Of a stretch of 35,986 nt of DNA, positions 18,405-28,479 are shown in pieces. This DNA comes from Collinsella sp. Its GTDB lineage: Bacteria > Actinomycetota > Coriobacteriia > Coriobacteriales > Coriobacteriaceae. Under the pieces are notes generated by a model. That model ran no database searches, was not told the origin of the DNA, and was given only the letters and a program-made list of their open reading frames with translations. The stretch spans positions 1-35,986 of the forward strand of contig DBFBFY010000116.1 in NCBI GenBank assembly GCA_048201615.1, given 5' to 3'. Both the position numbers and the translations under genes were made by a program. The stretch's first letter is position 1; the number at the start of each line of letters is the position of its first letter.

Positions 18405-19409
18405 CTAACACAAATCGCGCACCGTATCGCCCTCTACAAGCACACCGGGGATCAGCATGTGCTCCACGCCAGACGCACCCCCATCGGCGCCGGCAATCTT
18501 GTCGACCGCCCACATGCCGACGCGCTTGTTGTCAAAGCGCACCGTGGTCAGGCGACGGTCGGGCACGATATCGCCCAGGCTGTCATCAACACCCACCACG
18601 CTCACGTCCTCGGGCACACGCCTTCCGCACGACTCGAGCCCGCGAATGCAGCCGTATGCCATGGCATCGTTGGAAGCATAAATGGCCGTACAGGTCGGAT
18701 CGTCCGCCAGAGCCTGACCGGCAGCATATCCGCTCTGTGCCGTCCAATCCCCACGGACGAGTCGCGGCGGCTCAATTCCATGCGCGCGCAATGTCTCGCG
18801 CCAGCCTTCCTCGCGCCGCATGCCCGAAAGCGAGCGCTCGGGACACGAGATAAAGTGCACGGTTTTGTGCCCCCGCCCCAGCAAGTACTCGACCACCTGG
18901 CGCGAGCAATCGAACTGGTCGTTATCGACCGTTGAACAGAGCGGGTGCTCCAGCATCGTAACGAGCACCGTCTGCATGCCGGGCAGCGGCTCGAAGGTGC
19001 CAAAGTCCGCCGGCATGCGATTCATGATCACGACCATGCCGTCTACCGGCAGCGCGCTCATGCGCGACGATGCGCTCTCGAGGGTATACGGATGCCCATC
19101 TACTTTAGTGAGGGTGATGGCATAGCCATGTTTGTCGGCCGCGGCGGCAAAGCCCTCCATACGGTCGAGGTTGCCGGTACCGGTAATGTTGAACATGGCG
19201 ACGCCGACGGTCTTAAACTTGCCACGGCGCAGCGATCGACCGGCAAAATTGGGGCGATACCCCAGCTCGCGCATGGCGGCACGCACGCGTTCCTTGGTCT
19301 CGGGGCGCACACTGGGCGAATCGTGCACGGTGCGCGAGACCGTCTGCTCCGAGACGCCCGCGAGGCGCGCCACGTCTTTGACGGATACCGATTTTTTAAC
19401 AGCGGCCAT
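18405..19409 (-). CDS. LacI-family regulator 1
   Basis: VKDVARLAGVSEQTVSR HTH, YRPNFAGRSL hinge and PEDVSVVGVDD. Confidence 0.95.
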   Translation of the reverse strand: MAAVKKSVSVKDVARLAGVSEQTVSRTVHDSPSVRPETKERVRAAMRELGYRPNFAGRSLRRGKFKTVGVAMFNITGTGNLDRMEGFAAAADKHGYAITLTKVDGHPYTLESASSRMSALPVDGMVVIMNRMPADFGTFEPLPGMQTVLVTMLEHPLCSTVDNDQFDCSRQVVEYLLGRGHKTVHFISCPERSLSGMRREEGWRETLRAHGIEPPRLVRGDWTAQSGYAAGQALADDPTCTAIYASNDAMAYGCIRGLESCGRRVPEDVSVVGVDDSLGDIVPDRRLTTVRFDNKRVGMWAVDKIAGADGGASGVEHMLIPGVLVEGDTVRDLC

Positions 19410-19423
19410 AGGTCGATCTTTCT

Positions 19424-19704
19424 ATGTCAACGATGCCATTGGTGGCACCCTACGCAGTCAAATGAAACGTCTTCAAGTATATCTAACGCCTCCCCCACCA
19501 TACGCTCACCACCCAAAACCTACCGTTCACCGACATTTTTGCTTCCCCGAACGGCTTTTGTCGCTCAAATGTTAACGTTGCCATTGTGCAAACACAGAGC
19601 CACCGGGCGGCTCAAACGTTTACGCGCAAGGAATCGACGGTCCACAGGCACAGGGGCCATCGGTTCGCGTCTTATTTTGTGTCGCAAAATGGCAACGTCA
19701 ACAT
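19424..19704. promoter_or_regulatory. Three LacI-type operators, module 1
   Basis: ATGTCAACGATGCCAT (19424), ATGTTAACGTTGCCAT (19569) and ATGGCAACGTCAACAT (19689): central-CG 16-mers. Confidence 0.7.
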
Positions 19705-19766
19705 TTTGGCAACCAAACGTCAAAAGCTACCATCGTTGCCAACCCACCGACTCTTAGGAGCTTTGC

Positions 19767-21533
19767 ATGGAGCAACTCATCGCCATCATCGAAAAGGGGC
19801 AGCCCTTTTTCAACGCGATCGCCCGCAACAAGTACCTCAAGGCGATCCGCGACGGTTTTATCTCCGTCATCCCCATCATCATCTTCTCGTCCATCTTCTG
19901 CCTGGTAGCCTCGGTTCCCAATATCTGGGGTTTCTACTGGCCCGATGACATCAACAACGCCCTATGGAAGTGCTACAACTACTCCATGGGCATCCTGGCC
20001 ATCGCCTGTGCCGCCACCACGGCCAAGCACTTCGCCGACGCTCAGAACCGCGATCTGCCCAAGAACAACCAGATCAACTTCATCTCGTGCATGTGCGCGG
20101 CCATCATCGGCTTCTTGCTCCTTTCGAGCGACACGATCGCCACGGACGCTGCCAGCGGCTTCAACACCACCTACCTTGGTTCCAAAGGCCTGCTGACCGC
20201 CTTTATCGCTGCGTTTGTGACCGGCATCATCTACAAGTTCTTCATTAAGCGCAACATCACCGTCAAGATGCCCGAGCAGGTTCCGCCCAACATCTCGCAG
20301 ACCTTTAAGGACATCATCCCCTTCTCCGTCTGCATCACCGTCTTTTGGGTCTTTGACATCGCCTTCCGCGCTGCTTTTGGCTTCTGCTTTGCCCAGGGCG
20401 TCATCCAAGTGTTCCAGCCCCTGTTCACCGCTGCCGATGGCTACATCGGCCTCGCTGTGATCTACGGCGCCATGAGCCTGTTCTGGTTCGTCGGCGTCCA
20501 CGGCCCCTCGATCGTCGAGCCCGCCATCGCCGCCGCCCTTGTTGCCAACATGACCGACAACCTGGCCGCATTCCAGGCTGGCCAGCACGCTTCCGCTGTC
20601 CTGACCCAGGGTGCCCAGTACTTCGTCGTCTGCATGGGCGGCACCGGCGCCACGCTCGTCCTGGTCTTTATGTTCTGCTTCCTGGCCAAGTCCCAGGAGA
20701 TGCGTGCCGTCGGTAAGGCCGCTATCGTTCCCGTGTGCTTTGCCGTCAACGAGCCGCTGCTGTTCGCCGCACCCATCGTGCTCAACCCCGTCTTCTTTGT
20801 CCCGTTTGTCTTTGCCCCGATCGCCAACATCTGGATCCTCAAGATCTTTATCGACTTCTTGGGCATGAACGGCTTTATGTACACCCTGCCCTGGACCGTC
20901 CCCGGCCCCATCGGTACCATCATGGGCCTGGGCTTCCAGCCGCTCGCCTTTGTGATGCTCGCCCTTATCCTGGTCGTCGACTTCGTTCTGTACTACCCGT
21001 TCTTCCGTGCCTATGACGCCCAGAAGTGCGCCGAGGAGGCCGAGATCTCCCAAGAGGAGCTCGCCGCCAAGAACGCCGAGAAGGCCGCCAAGCTCAACGA
21101 TGCCTTCCAGGGCAAGGCTGACGCCAAGAGCGTTGCCGCCGGCGCTGCTGCCGAGGCCGTGAAGGCCGACGCTCCCGCCGCTGTCGCCACTGAGACTACG
21201 ACCGCCAGCGACCTCAACGGCAAGCGCGTACTCGTGCTCTGCCAGGGTGGCGGTACCTCGGGCCTGCTCGCCAACGCGCTGGCCAAGGCCGCCAAGGAGC
21301 GCGGCATCAATCTTGAGACCGCTGCCGAGGCCTATGGCAACCACGTGGACATGCTCCCCGACTTCGATCTGGTCGTCCTGGCCCCGCAGGCCGCAAGCTA
21401 CCTGGCCGACCTGCAGAAGGACTGCGAGCGCGTGGGCAACAAGTGCGTCGCCTGCCGCGGTAAGCAGTACATCGAGCTTTCCCAGAACGGTGATAAGTCT
21501 CTCGCCTTCGTCTCCGAGCAACTCTCGAAGTAA
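19767..21533 (+). CDS. lacE: PTS lactose-family EIICB, paralog 1
   Basis: YLKAIRDGF, FWFVGVHGPSIV and MGGTGAT, NEPLLF, Ala-rich linker, EIIB VLVLCQGGGTSGLLA. Confidence 0.93.
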   Translation: MEQLIAIIEKGQPFFNAIARNKYLKAIRDGFISVIPIIIFSSIFCLVASVPNIWGFYWPDDINNALWKCYNYSMGILAIACAATTAKHFADAQNRDLPKNNQINFISCMCAAIIGFLLLSSDTIATDAASGFNTTYLGSKGLLTAFIAAFVTGIIYKFFIKRNITVKMPEQVPPNISQTFKDIIPFSVCITVFWVFDIAFRAAFGFCFAQGVIQVFQPLFTAADGYIGLAVIYGAMSLFWFVGVHGPSIVEPAIAAALVANMTDNLAAFQAGQHASAVLTQGAQYFVVCMGGTGATLVLVFMFCFLAKSQEMRAVGKAAIVPVCFAVNEPLLFAAPIVLNPVFFVPFVFAPIANIWILKIFIDFLGMNGFMYTLPWTVPGPIGTIMGLGFQPLAFVMLALILVVDFVLYYPFFRAYDAQKCAEEAEISQEELAAKNAEKAAKLNDAFQGKADAKSVAAGAAAEAVKADAPAAVATETTTASDLNGKRVLVLCQGGGTSGLLANALAKAAKERGINLETAAEAYGNHVDMLPDFDLVVLAPQAASYLADLQKDCERVGNKCVACRGKQYIELSQNGDKSLAFVSEQLSK

Positions 21534-21599
21534 GTAACGCTCAGGGCCAGCCGACCATCCAAGACCGGCTGGCCCTTCGATTTAGACGATTGGATCATC

Positions 21600-23039
21600 A
21601 TGTCCGTTAACCCTGCTAGCGTCACCAACCCGCCTACGCAGTTTCCCGAGGACTTTGTCTTTGGCGGCGCCACCGCTGCCTACCAGGTAGAGGGCGAGAC
21701 CCGCACCCACGGTAAGGGCAAGGTTGCCTGGGACGACTTCCTGGAGGCCCAGGGGCGCTTTTCCCCCGATCCCGCTTCGGACTTCTACAACCAGTACCCC
21801 GTCGACTTGGAGCTGTGCGAAGAGTTTGGCATCAACGGCATTCGCCTCTCCATCGCCTGGAGCCGCATCTTCCCCAACGGTACCGGCGAAATCAACCCCG
21901 AGGGCGTCCAGTTCTACCACGATCTCTTCGCCGAGTGCCATAAGCACCATGTTGAGCCGTTCGTCACGCTGCATCACTTTGACACGCCGCTTCCTCTCTT
22001 TGAGAAGGGCGACTTCCTCAACCGCGAGACCATCGACGCCTTTGTGGACTTTGCCACCTTCTGCTTTAAGGAGTACGCCGACCAGGTGACCTACTGGTTC
22101 ACCTTTAACGAGATCTGGGCCGACGCCTCCAACACCTACATCGAGGGCACCTTCCCCGGTGGCGTCAAGGCGCATCTTGCCGAGGCCTTCCAGTGCGAGC
22201 ACAACATGATGCTCGCCCACGCCAAGGCAGTGCTGGCCTTCCACAACGGCGGCTTTAAGGGCAAGATTGGCGTCATTCAGTCGCTGGAGTTTAAGTATCC
22301 GCTCAACGAGAACGACCCCGCCGACATCAAAGCCGCCAACAACGAGCACGTGCTGCAAAACCAGTTCTTGCTCGACGCCACCTTCCGCGGCGACTACGCG
22401 CCCGACACCCTCGAGTGCGCCAACCGCCTGGCCGCCGTCTCGGGCGGCACCATCGAGATCTTGGACGAGGATCTGGATATCATGCGCGAGGCCGCGCTCT
22501 ACAACGACTACCTGGGCGTTAACAACTACCAGTGCCGCTTCTTGAAGGCCTACGATGGCGAAAACGACCTGCACCACAACGGTACGGGAGAGAAGGGCAC
22601 CGGCCGCTGGCGCGTTAAGGGCATTGGCGAGCATGTGAACAAGCCTGGCATCCCCACCACCGACTGGGACTGGATCATCTATCCCGAGGGCCTGTTCGAT
22701 CTGCTCGTCTACATTAAGCAGCGCTACCCCAACTACAAGCAGATCTTCATCACCGAGAACGGCATGGGCTACAAGGACCCCTACAAGGACGGTTTTGTGG
22801 ACGACCAGCCGCGCATCGACTACATCGAGCAGCACCTGCGTTGGCTGCTCAAGGCCATGGAGGTGGGCGTCAACGTGGGCGGCTACTTCCTGTGGAGCCT
22901 GCAGGATCAGTTCTCCTGGACCAATGGCTACAACAAGCGTTACGGCTTCTTTTACGTTGACTTTGAAACCCAGAAGCGCACGCCCAAGGCAAGCGCCTAC
23001 TGGTACAAGCACGTGGCGCAGACCCGTCGTCTGGACTAG
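21600..23039 (+). CDS. lacG: 6-phospho-beta-galactosidase (GH1), paralog 1
   Basis: GGATAAYQ, TFNE, ITENG and DQFSWTNGYNKRYG (Ser-Trp galactose-6-P signature). Confidence 0.93.
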   Translation: MSVNPASVTNPPTQFPEDFVFGGATAAYQVEGETRTHGKGKVAWDDFLEAQGRFSPDPASDFYNQYPVDLELCEEFGINGIRLSIAWSRIFPNGTGEINPEGVQFYHDLFAECHKHHVEPFVTLHHFDTPLPLFEKGDFLNRETIDAFVDFATFCFKEYADQVTYWFTFNEIWADASNTYIEGTFPGGVKAHLAEAFQCEHNMMLAHAKAVLAFHNGGFKGKIGVIQSLEFKYPLNENDPADIKAANNEHVLQNQFLLDATFRGDYAPDTLECANRLAAVSGGTIEILDEDLDIMREAALYNDYLGVNNYQCRFLKAYDGENDLHHNGTGEKGTGRWRVKGIGEHVNKPGIPTTDWDWIIYPEGLFDLLVYIKQRYPNYKQIFITENGMGYKDPYKDGFVDDQPRIDYIEQHLRWLLKAMEVGVNVGGYFLWSLQDQFSWTNGYNKRYGFFYVDFETQKRTPKASAYWYKHVAQTRRLD

Positions 23040-23085
23040 TGGCTGGCGGGGTTGCCCGCTCACACAACCTGTCCCCATTTCTCAG

Positions 23086-23134
23086 CCGGGGGCGGCACGT
23101 CACACGGCGCGCCGCCCCCGGTCTTTTTGTTTTT
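23086..23134 (+). terminator. Intrinsic terminator after lacG1
   Basis: CCGGGGGCGGC...GCCGCCCCCGG followed by TCTTTTTGTTTTT. Confidence 0.8.
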
Positions 23135-23150
23135 GGGCTGGTCGGGAGCC

Positions 23151-23296
23151 GTTTGTCTCGATCTGTAACATCTAGCCGAGTTTTTTGGTCCTAGCTGTTA
23201 CAGATTGAGACGAACAGGATTGCTCTTTCCGAAGAATCTAAATCTGTAACACGTAGCCCGCTTTTGACCGTCTACCTGTTACAAATCGAGACAAAC
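23151..23296. repeat. ~80-bp palindromic repeat array A (2 units)
   Basis: ATCTGTAACA-N25-TGTTACA(G/A)AT at 23161 and 23242. Confidence 0.9.
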
Positions 23297-23306
23297 GGAG
23301 TAGGAC

Positions 23307-24335
23307 CTAACCCCGTATGTCCCTAACAGTCGAGCGTTCGACCAGCGTACTCGGCACATGAATCGCCTCGATAGACGAGCTCTCTCCAATCGCCGCCTCA
23401 AACGCAAGCTTACCGACACCGCGCAAATCAAATCGCAGCGTCGTCAGCCGATTGTGAGGAACAAGTCCCTCGAGTGCGTCGTCGATACCAACCACGCTCA
23501 CGTCGTCGGGCACGGACAGGCCCGCGTTCTCGAGCGCGGCGATAACGCCCAGCGCCATCTGGTCATTTGCCGCAAGCACGGCAGTCGGCGCCTGCGACCC
23601 GCCGGCAAGCACCTCGGCCGCAATCCGCTCGCCCATGGCGTACCCACTGTCCGCACTCCAATCGCCACGCAGCATCGGAGCGGCATCGACATGAGCACGA
23701 CCCAGCGTATCGCGCCAACCGGCCTCACGAAAACGCGAGGAAATCGAGTTTTCCGGACCCGCCACAAACCGCATATTCGAGTGACCATGTTCCAGCAGAT
23801 AATTGGTCAACAGCTCGCACGAACCATACTGGTCGGAGTCGATCGTCGTGCAGCGCGGATGCGCATACATGGACAGGATGACCGTTCGCACTCCCGGCTG
23901 GGGAACAAACTCCTCAAAATCGGGAGCCATGCGGTTCATGTTGAGAATCATGCCGTCGACGGGTCGCTCGACCATGCGGCGCGAGGCATCGGCAAGTGTA
24001 TAGGGCTTGTCGCCGCCCATCTCGATCATAGTGACGGCAAAATCGTGCTCGCGCGCCGCTTGCATGATACCCTCGAGCGTCGCCAGGTTACCGACACGTG
24101 TGATGTTGTACATGCACAGGCCAATAGAACGATACGACCCGCCGCGCAACGCCGCTCCAGCAAAATTGGGACGAAAGCCCAGCTCTTCCATGGCGGCCAG
24201 CACACGCTTGCGCGTCTTTTCCGTCACGTTGGGCATACCGTTGACCACGCGAGACACAGTCTGGCGGCTCACGCCAGCGAGCGCCGCAACCTCTGCCGCG
24301 CTCGCCGAATGACCATTCCTTGTCTGCTGAGCCAT
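23307..24335 (-). CDS. LacI-family regulator 2
   Basis: EVAALAGVSRQTVSR, FRPNFAG and PDDVSVVGIDD; probable ATG at 24335. Confidence 0.93.
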   Translation of the reverse strand: MAQQTRNGHSASAAEVAALAGVSRQTVSRVVNGMPNVTEKTRKRVLAAMEELGFRPNFAGAALRGGSYRSIGLCMYNITRVGNLATLEGIMQAAREHDFAVTMIEMGGDKPYTLADASRRMVERPVDGMILNMNRMAPDFEEFVPQPGVRTVILSMYAHPRCTTIDSDQYGSCELLTNYLLEHGHSNMRFVAGPENSISSRFREAGWRDTLGRAHVDAAPMLRGDWSADSGYAMGERIAAEVLAGGSQAPTAVLAANDQMALGVIAALENAGLSVPDDVSVVGIDDALEGLVPHNRLTTLRFDLRGVGKLAFEAAIGESSSIEAIHVPSTLVERSTVRDIRG

Positions 24336-24395
24336 GCCTTCCACGCTAACCTGCTTCCCAACTATTCCCCGCGCCCATGGCGCATCGTACATACA

Positions 24396-24565
24396 TCGAT
24401 AACGTGCTCATGATACCCGAGCCATATACCACAACATGAAAACTTCTGTCAATCAAAACCGCTTACCGAACAAATACAACCGTTCGCGGCTGTTTGAAGT
24501 TGTTTTGTTTCTATACATCCCAGCCGGATGTTAACGTGCTCATTGTCAAATGTTCACGTGCTCAT
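24396..24565. promoter_or_regulatory. Three LacI-type operators, module 2
   Basis: TCGATAACGTGCTCAT (24396), ATGTTAACGTGCTCAT (24528) and ATGTTCACGTGCTCAT (24550). Confidence 0.7.
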
Positions 24566-24685
24566 TTTGGTTCTAATCATTTTAAGATAGTGTTTATCGG
24601 GCTTTTTCACCGCTGAACGCTAACCAGGGAGCCTCCTGAGCGCAAACGCACAATATCGAACAGCGAGACGAGAGGGTGTATGCAT

Positions 24686-26128
24686 ATGTCTTTGCTAAAC
24701 CGCGTACAGCAGCTGCCGAAGGGCTTTGTTTGGGGCGCCGCAACCGCCGCGTACCAAACGGAAGGTTCCACGAAGGTGGCAGGCAAGGGTAAGACCATGT
24801 GGGACGATTACCTTGTCGCCCAGGGTCGCTTTTTGCCCGACCCGGCCAGTGATTTCTACAACCGCTACGAGGAGGATATCCGCCTTTCTGCCGAGCATGG
24901 ACTCAACGCCATCCGTGTGTCCATCGCCTGGACCCGCATCTTCCCCAACGGCGACGATGCCGAGCCCCTCGCCGAGGGCGTTAAGCACTACCACGAGCTG
25001 TTCGCCTGCTGCAAAAAGTATGGCGTCGAGCCCTATGTGTCCCTGCATCACTTTGACTCCCCCGCCGCCCTGTTCAACCAGGGCGACTGGCTCAACCGCA
25101 AGACCGTCGACGCCTATGTGCGCTATGCCGAGTTCTGCTTCCGCGAGTTCCGCGAGGTCAAGAATTGGTTCACCATCAACGAGCTCATCAGCCTCTCGCA
25201 CTCCCAATACATCCAAGGCAACTTCCCGCCCAACCATCACTTTGATGTGACGAGCGGCATCCAGAGCCAGCACAACGAGCTCGTTGCCCACGCCCGCGCC
25301 GTCAACCTGTATAAGGATCTTGACGAGACCGAGCACCTGGGCGGACGCATTGGCATGGTCAACGTCCTGACGCCGGCATATCCTGCCACAGACTCGCCCG
25401 CCGACCAGCACGCCGCCGACCTGTACAACGCCTTCTACACCGACTTCATCATGGACGGCGCCTTCCTGGGTCACTACTCCGCGCGCACCCTCTCACTCAT
25501 CAACGAGATTCTGCGTGCCAACAACGCCACGCTTACGGTTGAGGACAGCGACATGGAGGAGCTCGCCAAGGCGGCGCCCCGCAACGATATGTTCGGCCTC
25601 AACTACTATCAGTCGGCGTTTATCGCCGCCTACGATGGCGAGTCCACCAACAGCTTTAACGGCACCGGAGACAAGGGCACCTCGTGCTTTAAGTTTAAGG
25701 GCGTCGGGCAGCAGGTCGATATGCCGGGTATCCCCACCACCGACTGGGATTGGCTCATCTACCCGCAAGGCCTCTACGACACGCTCAAGCACATCAGCGC
25801 CACCTATCCCAACCTCCCCGTCATCTATATCACCGAAAACGGCCTGGGCCACAAGGACCCCGAGCCCGACGCAAACGGCATCGTCGCCGATCCCGAGCGC
25901 ATCGACTTTGTCGACCAGCACATGGAGAAGGTGCTCCGGGCGCGCGCCGAGGGCGTCGACGTCCAGGGCTACTTTATCTGGAGCCTGCAGGACCAATTCT
26001 CGTGGGCCAACGGCTATAACAAGCGCTACGGCCTGTTCTACATCGACTTCGACACGCAAAAACGCTACATCAAGCAGTCGGCACTCTGGTACAAGGAGCT
26101 CGCCGACACTATGGCGGACGCGCAGTAG
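24686..26128 (+). CDS. lacG: 6-phospho-beta-galactosidase (GH1), paralog 2
   Basis: WGAATAAYQ, TINE, ITENG and DQFSWANGYNKRYG. Start is 24686 or 24680. Confidence 0.92.
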   Translation: MSLLNRVQQLPKGFVWGAATAAYQTEGSTKVAGKGKTMWDDYLVAQGRFLPDPASDFYNRYEEDIRLSAEHGLNAIRVSIAWTRIFPNGDDAEPLAEGVKHYHELFACCKKYGVEPYVSLHHFDSPAALFNQGDWLNRKTVDAYVRYAEFCFREFREVKNWFTINELISLSHSQYIQGNFPPNHHFDVTSGIQSQHNELVAHARAVNLYKDLDETEHLGGRIGMVNVLTPAYPATDSPADQHAADLYNAFYTDFIMDGAFLGHYSARTLSLINEILRANNATLTVEDSDMEELAKAAPRNDMFGLNYYQSAFIAAYDGESTNSFNGTGDKGTSCFKFKGVGQQVDMPGIPTTDWDWLIYPQGLYDTLKHISATYPNLPVIYITENGLGHKDPEPDANGIVADPERIDFVDQHMEKVLRARAEGVDVQGYFIWSLQDQFSWANGYNKRYGLFYIDFDTQKRYIKQSALWYKELADTMADAQ

Positions 26129-26304
26129 CGCATCGCCTCGCTTTCCCCCGAGAGGGGAGCGGCCCTATGCGATACAAACCCAGCCGCTCCCCTCTCTCCC
26201 CCTGGGACCGACCCCGCCTGCACCCGGGCTTTTAGCAAGCGGGAGACCATATAGGTTTTCAACGTCCATGCCATTAAGATTTCATGCAAAGAGGAGCGTG
26301 AACT

Positions 26305-28065
26305 ATGGAATCGATCGTTAAGTTCTTGGAGAAAGGTCAGCCGTACTTCGACAAGGTCTCTAAGAACATCTACCTTCAGGCCATTAAAGACGGCTTTTTG
26401 GCAGCAATGCCCATCATCCTGTCTTCTTCTGTCTTCCTGCTTATTTCGACCCTGCCGGGCGTTGTCGCCACGGTCGGCGGCTTTACGCTGCCCGACTGGT
26501 GGAACGTCGACGTCGTGAACTTCTGCAACAAGGTTTACAGCTTCACGATGGGCGTCGTGGGCATCATGGTCGCCGGCACCACCGCAAGCGCGCTGACCGG
26601 CTCCAAGAACCGCCGCATGCCTGCCGGCAAGGCCATCAACGCCACGAGCACCATGGTCGCCGCCATGTGCGCTATGCTCATCTTGGCCGTTACCCAGACG
26701 AGTGCCAAGATCGACGGCGCCGATGTCTCGGTGTTCTTTACCGACAACATGGGCACCAAGGGCCTACTGAGCTCCTTTGTCGCCGCATTTGCCACGGTCA
26801 ACATCTATGCCTTCTGCATTAAGCGAGACATCACCATCAAGCTGCCCAAAGAAGTCCCCGGCGCCATCGCCCAGAACTTCCGCGACATCTTCGCCTTCAG
26901 CTTCTCCATCCTGTTTGTCGCCGTCATCGACGTTATCTGCCGCACCTGCTTGGCCGTCCCGTTTGCCAACGTCATCTCCACGCTGGTGAGCCCGCTGTTC
27001 GCCGCTGCCGATTCCTACGCCGGCCTCGCCCTCATCTGGTTCATGATCCCGCTGTTCTGGTTCATGGGCATCCACGGCCCCTCGGTCGTTAAGCCTGCCC
27101 TCAACGCCGCGCTGTTTGGCAACATCACCACCAACCTCGCCACGCTGCAGGCCGGCGGTCACCCCGCCCTCGCCCTGACCGAGAACTTCGGTAACTACAT
27201 CGGCGAACTCGGCGGCACCGGCGCCACGTTCATTGTCCCGATCATCTTCCTGCTCTTTATGCGCTCCAAGCAGCTCAAGGCCGTCGGCAAAGCCTCTGTC
27301 GTACCCGTGATGTTCGCCGTCAACGAACCGCTGCTGTTCGCCGCGCCCATCATCCTCAACCCGTACTTCCTGATCCCGTTCCTGTTTGCCCCCGTGGCCA
27401 ACGTCCTCATTGGTAAGTTCTTCATCGACTTTTTGGGCATGAACGGCTTTATCTATGCCATGCCGTGGGCACTCCCCGGACCGATCGGCACCTTCATCGA
27501 CACCAACTTCCAGCCGATCTCTCTGGTCCTGGTTGTCGTCCTGCTAGTCGTTGACTTCTTAATCTACTACCCGTTCTGCAAGGCCTACGACAACGTCCTG
27601 TGCAAGCAGGAGGCCGAGACCCTGGCCGAAGAAGAGGCCGAGGAGACCAAGGCCGTCAAGACCGCTGCCGCCCCCGCCGTTGAGGCTCCTGTTGTCGAGA
27701 CCGCTTCTGCCACTGAGGCCTCCGCAGCTCCGTCCGCCCTTAAGGGCAAGGATCTGAGGGTTCTGGTTCTGTGCGCTGGCGCCGGCACCTCTGCGCTGCT
27801 CGCCAACGCGCTTAAGGAAGGCGCCGACGAGCTGGGCATCGACATTACCGCCAACGCCGGTGCCTACGGCAGCCACTACGCCATCATGGACCAGTACAAC
27901 GTCATCGTCCTGGCTCCGCAGGTTCGCACCTATTACAACGAGATGAAGGCCGACACCGACCGCCTGGGCATCACGCTGCTGTCGCCCAAGGGCAAACAGT
28001 ACATCGACCTCACTAAGGATCCCAAGGGTGCCGTCGCCTGGATCGAGGAAAACCTCGAGGCATAA
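26305..28065 (+). CDS. lacE: PTS lactose-family EIICB, paralog 2
   Basis: YLQAIKDGF, FWFMGIHGPS, LGGTGAT and EIIB VLVLCAGAGTS. Confidence 0.92.
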   Translation: MESIVKFLEKGQPYFDKVSKNIYLQAIKDGFLAAMPIILSSSVFLLISTLPGVVATVGGFTLPDWWNVDVVNFCNKVYSFTMGVVGIMVAGTTASALTGSKNRRMPAGKAINATSTMVAAMCAMLILAVTQTSAKIDGADVSVFFTDNMGTKGLLSSFVAAFATVNIYAFCIKRDITIKLPKEVPGAIAQNFRDIFAFSFSILFVAVIDVICRTCLAVPFANVISTLVSPLFAAADSYAGLALIWFMIPLFWFMGIHGPSVVKPALNAALFGNITTNLATLQAGGHPALALTENFGNYIGELGGTGATFIVPIIFLLFMRSKQLKAVGKASVVPVMFAVNEPLLFAAPIILNPYFLIPFLFAPVANVLIGKFFIDFLGMNGFIYAMPWALPGPIGTFIDTNFQPISLVLVVVLLVVDFLIYYPFCKAYDNVLCKQEAETLAEEEAEETKAVKTAAAPAVEAPVVETASATEASAAPSALKGKDLRVLVLCAGAGTSALLANALKEGADELGIDITANAGAYGSHYAIMDQYNVIVLAPQVRTYYNEMKADTDRLGITLLSPKGKQYIDLTKDPKGAVAWIEENLEA

Positions 28066-28092
28066 GACGCTGACGCCACCTGCCGCTCGCAG

Positions 28093-28142
28093 AAAAAAAA
28101 ATGGCCCGTGCATCGATGCGTGATGCGCGGGCCATTTTGTTT
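28093..28142. terminator. Bidirectional intrinsic terminator
   Basis: A-run, then ATGGCCCGTGCATC...GATGCGCGGGCCAT, then TTTGTTT. Confidence 0.75.
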
Positions 28143-28161
28143 AGACCGCACCCGTCCTCCT

Positions 28162-28465
28162 GTTCATCTTAATCTGTAACATCTAGCCGAGTTTTTGGGT
28201 CCCAGCTGTTACAGATCGAGGTGAACGCACAGGCCAAGCCAAAAATCTCAATCTGTAACATGTAGAGCGCTTTTGACCGCTTAGATGTTACAGATCGAGA
28301 CAAACAGATGGGTCAATCCAATCAATCTAGATCTGTAACACCTGGCTGGTCATTTCACTCCTAACTGTTACAGATCGAGACAAACGGAATAAGCCGGGCC
28401 GAATTGTCTAAATCTGTAACATCTAGCCGAGTTTTCGGGTCCCACCTGTTACAGATTTAGACGAG
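28162..28465. repeat. ~80-bp palindromic repeat array B (4 units)
   Basis: ATCTGTAACA-N25-TGTTACAGAT at 28172, 28251, 28331 and 28412. Confidence 0.92.
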
Positions 28466-28479
28466 CAGGCCGAGCACGT

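Noticed and set aside
17594..18853. 419-aa plus-strand ORF
   Set aside because: Runs through a repeat and a terminator and lies antisense to lacF and lacI; no protein motifs.
23151..23296. Integron attC sites (AAC...GTT inverted cores)
   Set aside because: CTGTAAC/GTTACAG do not fit RYYYAAC/GTTRRRY, the cores are internal to the arms, and no integron integrase is present. Only a loose analogy.
28162..28465. CRISPR array interpretation of the 80-bp repeats
   Set aside because: Half-repeats alternate in orientation, the intervening sequences resemble one another, the repeats are degenerate and no cas genes are present.
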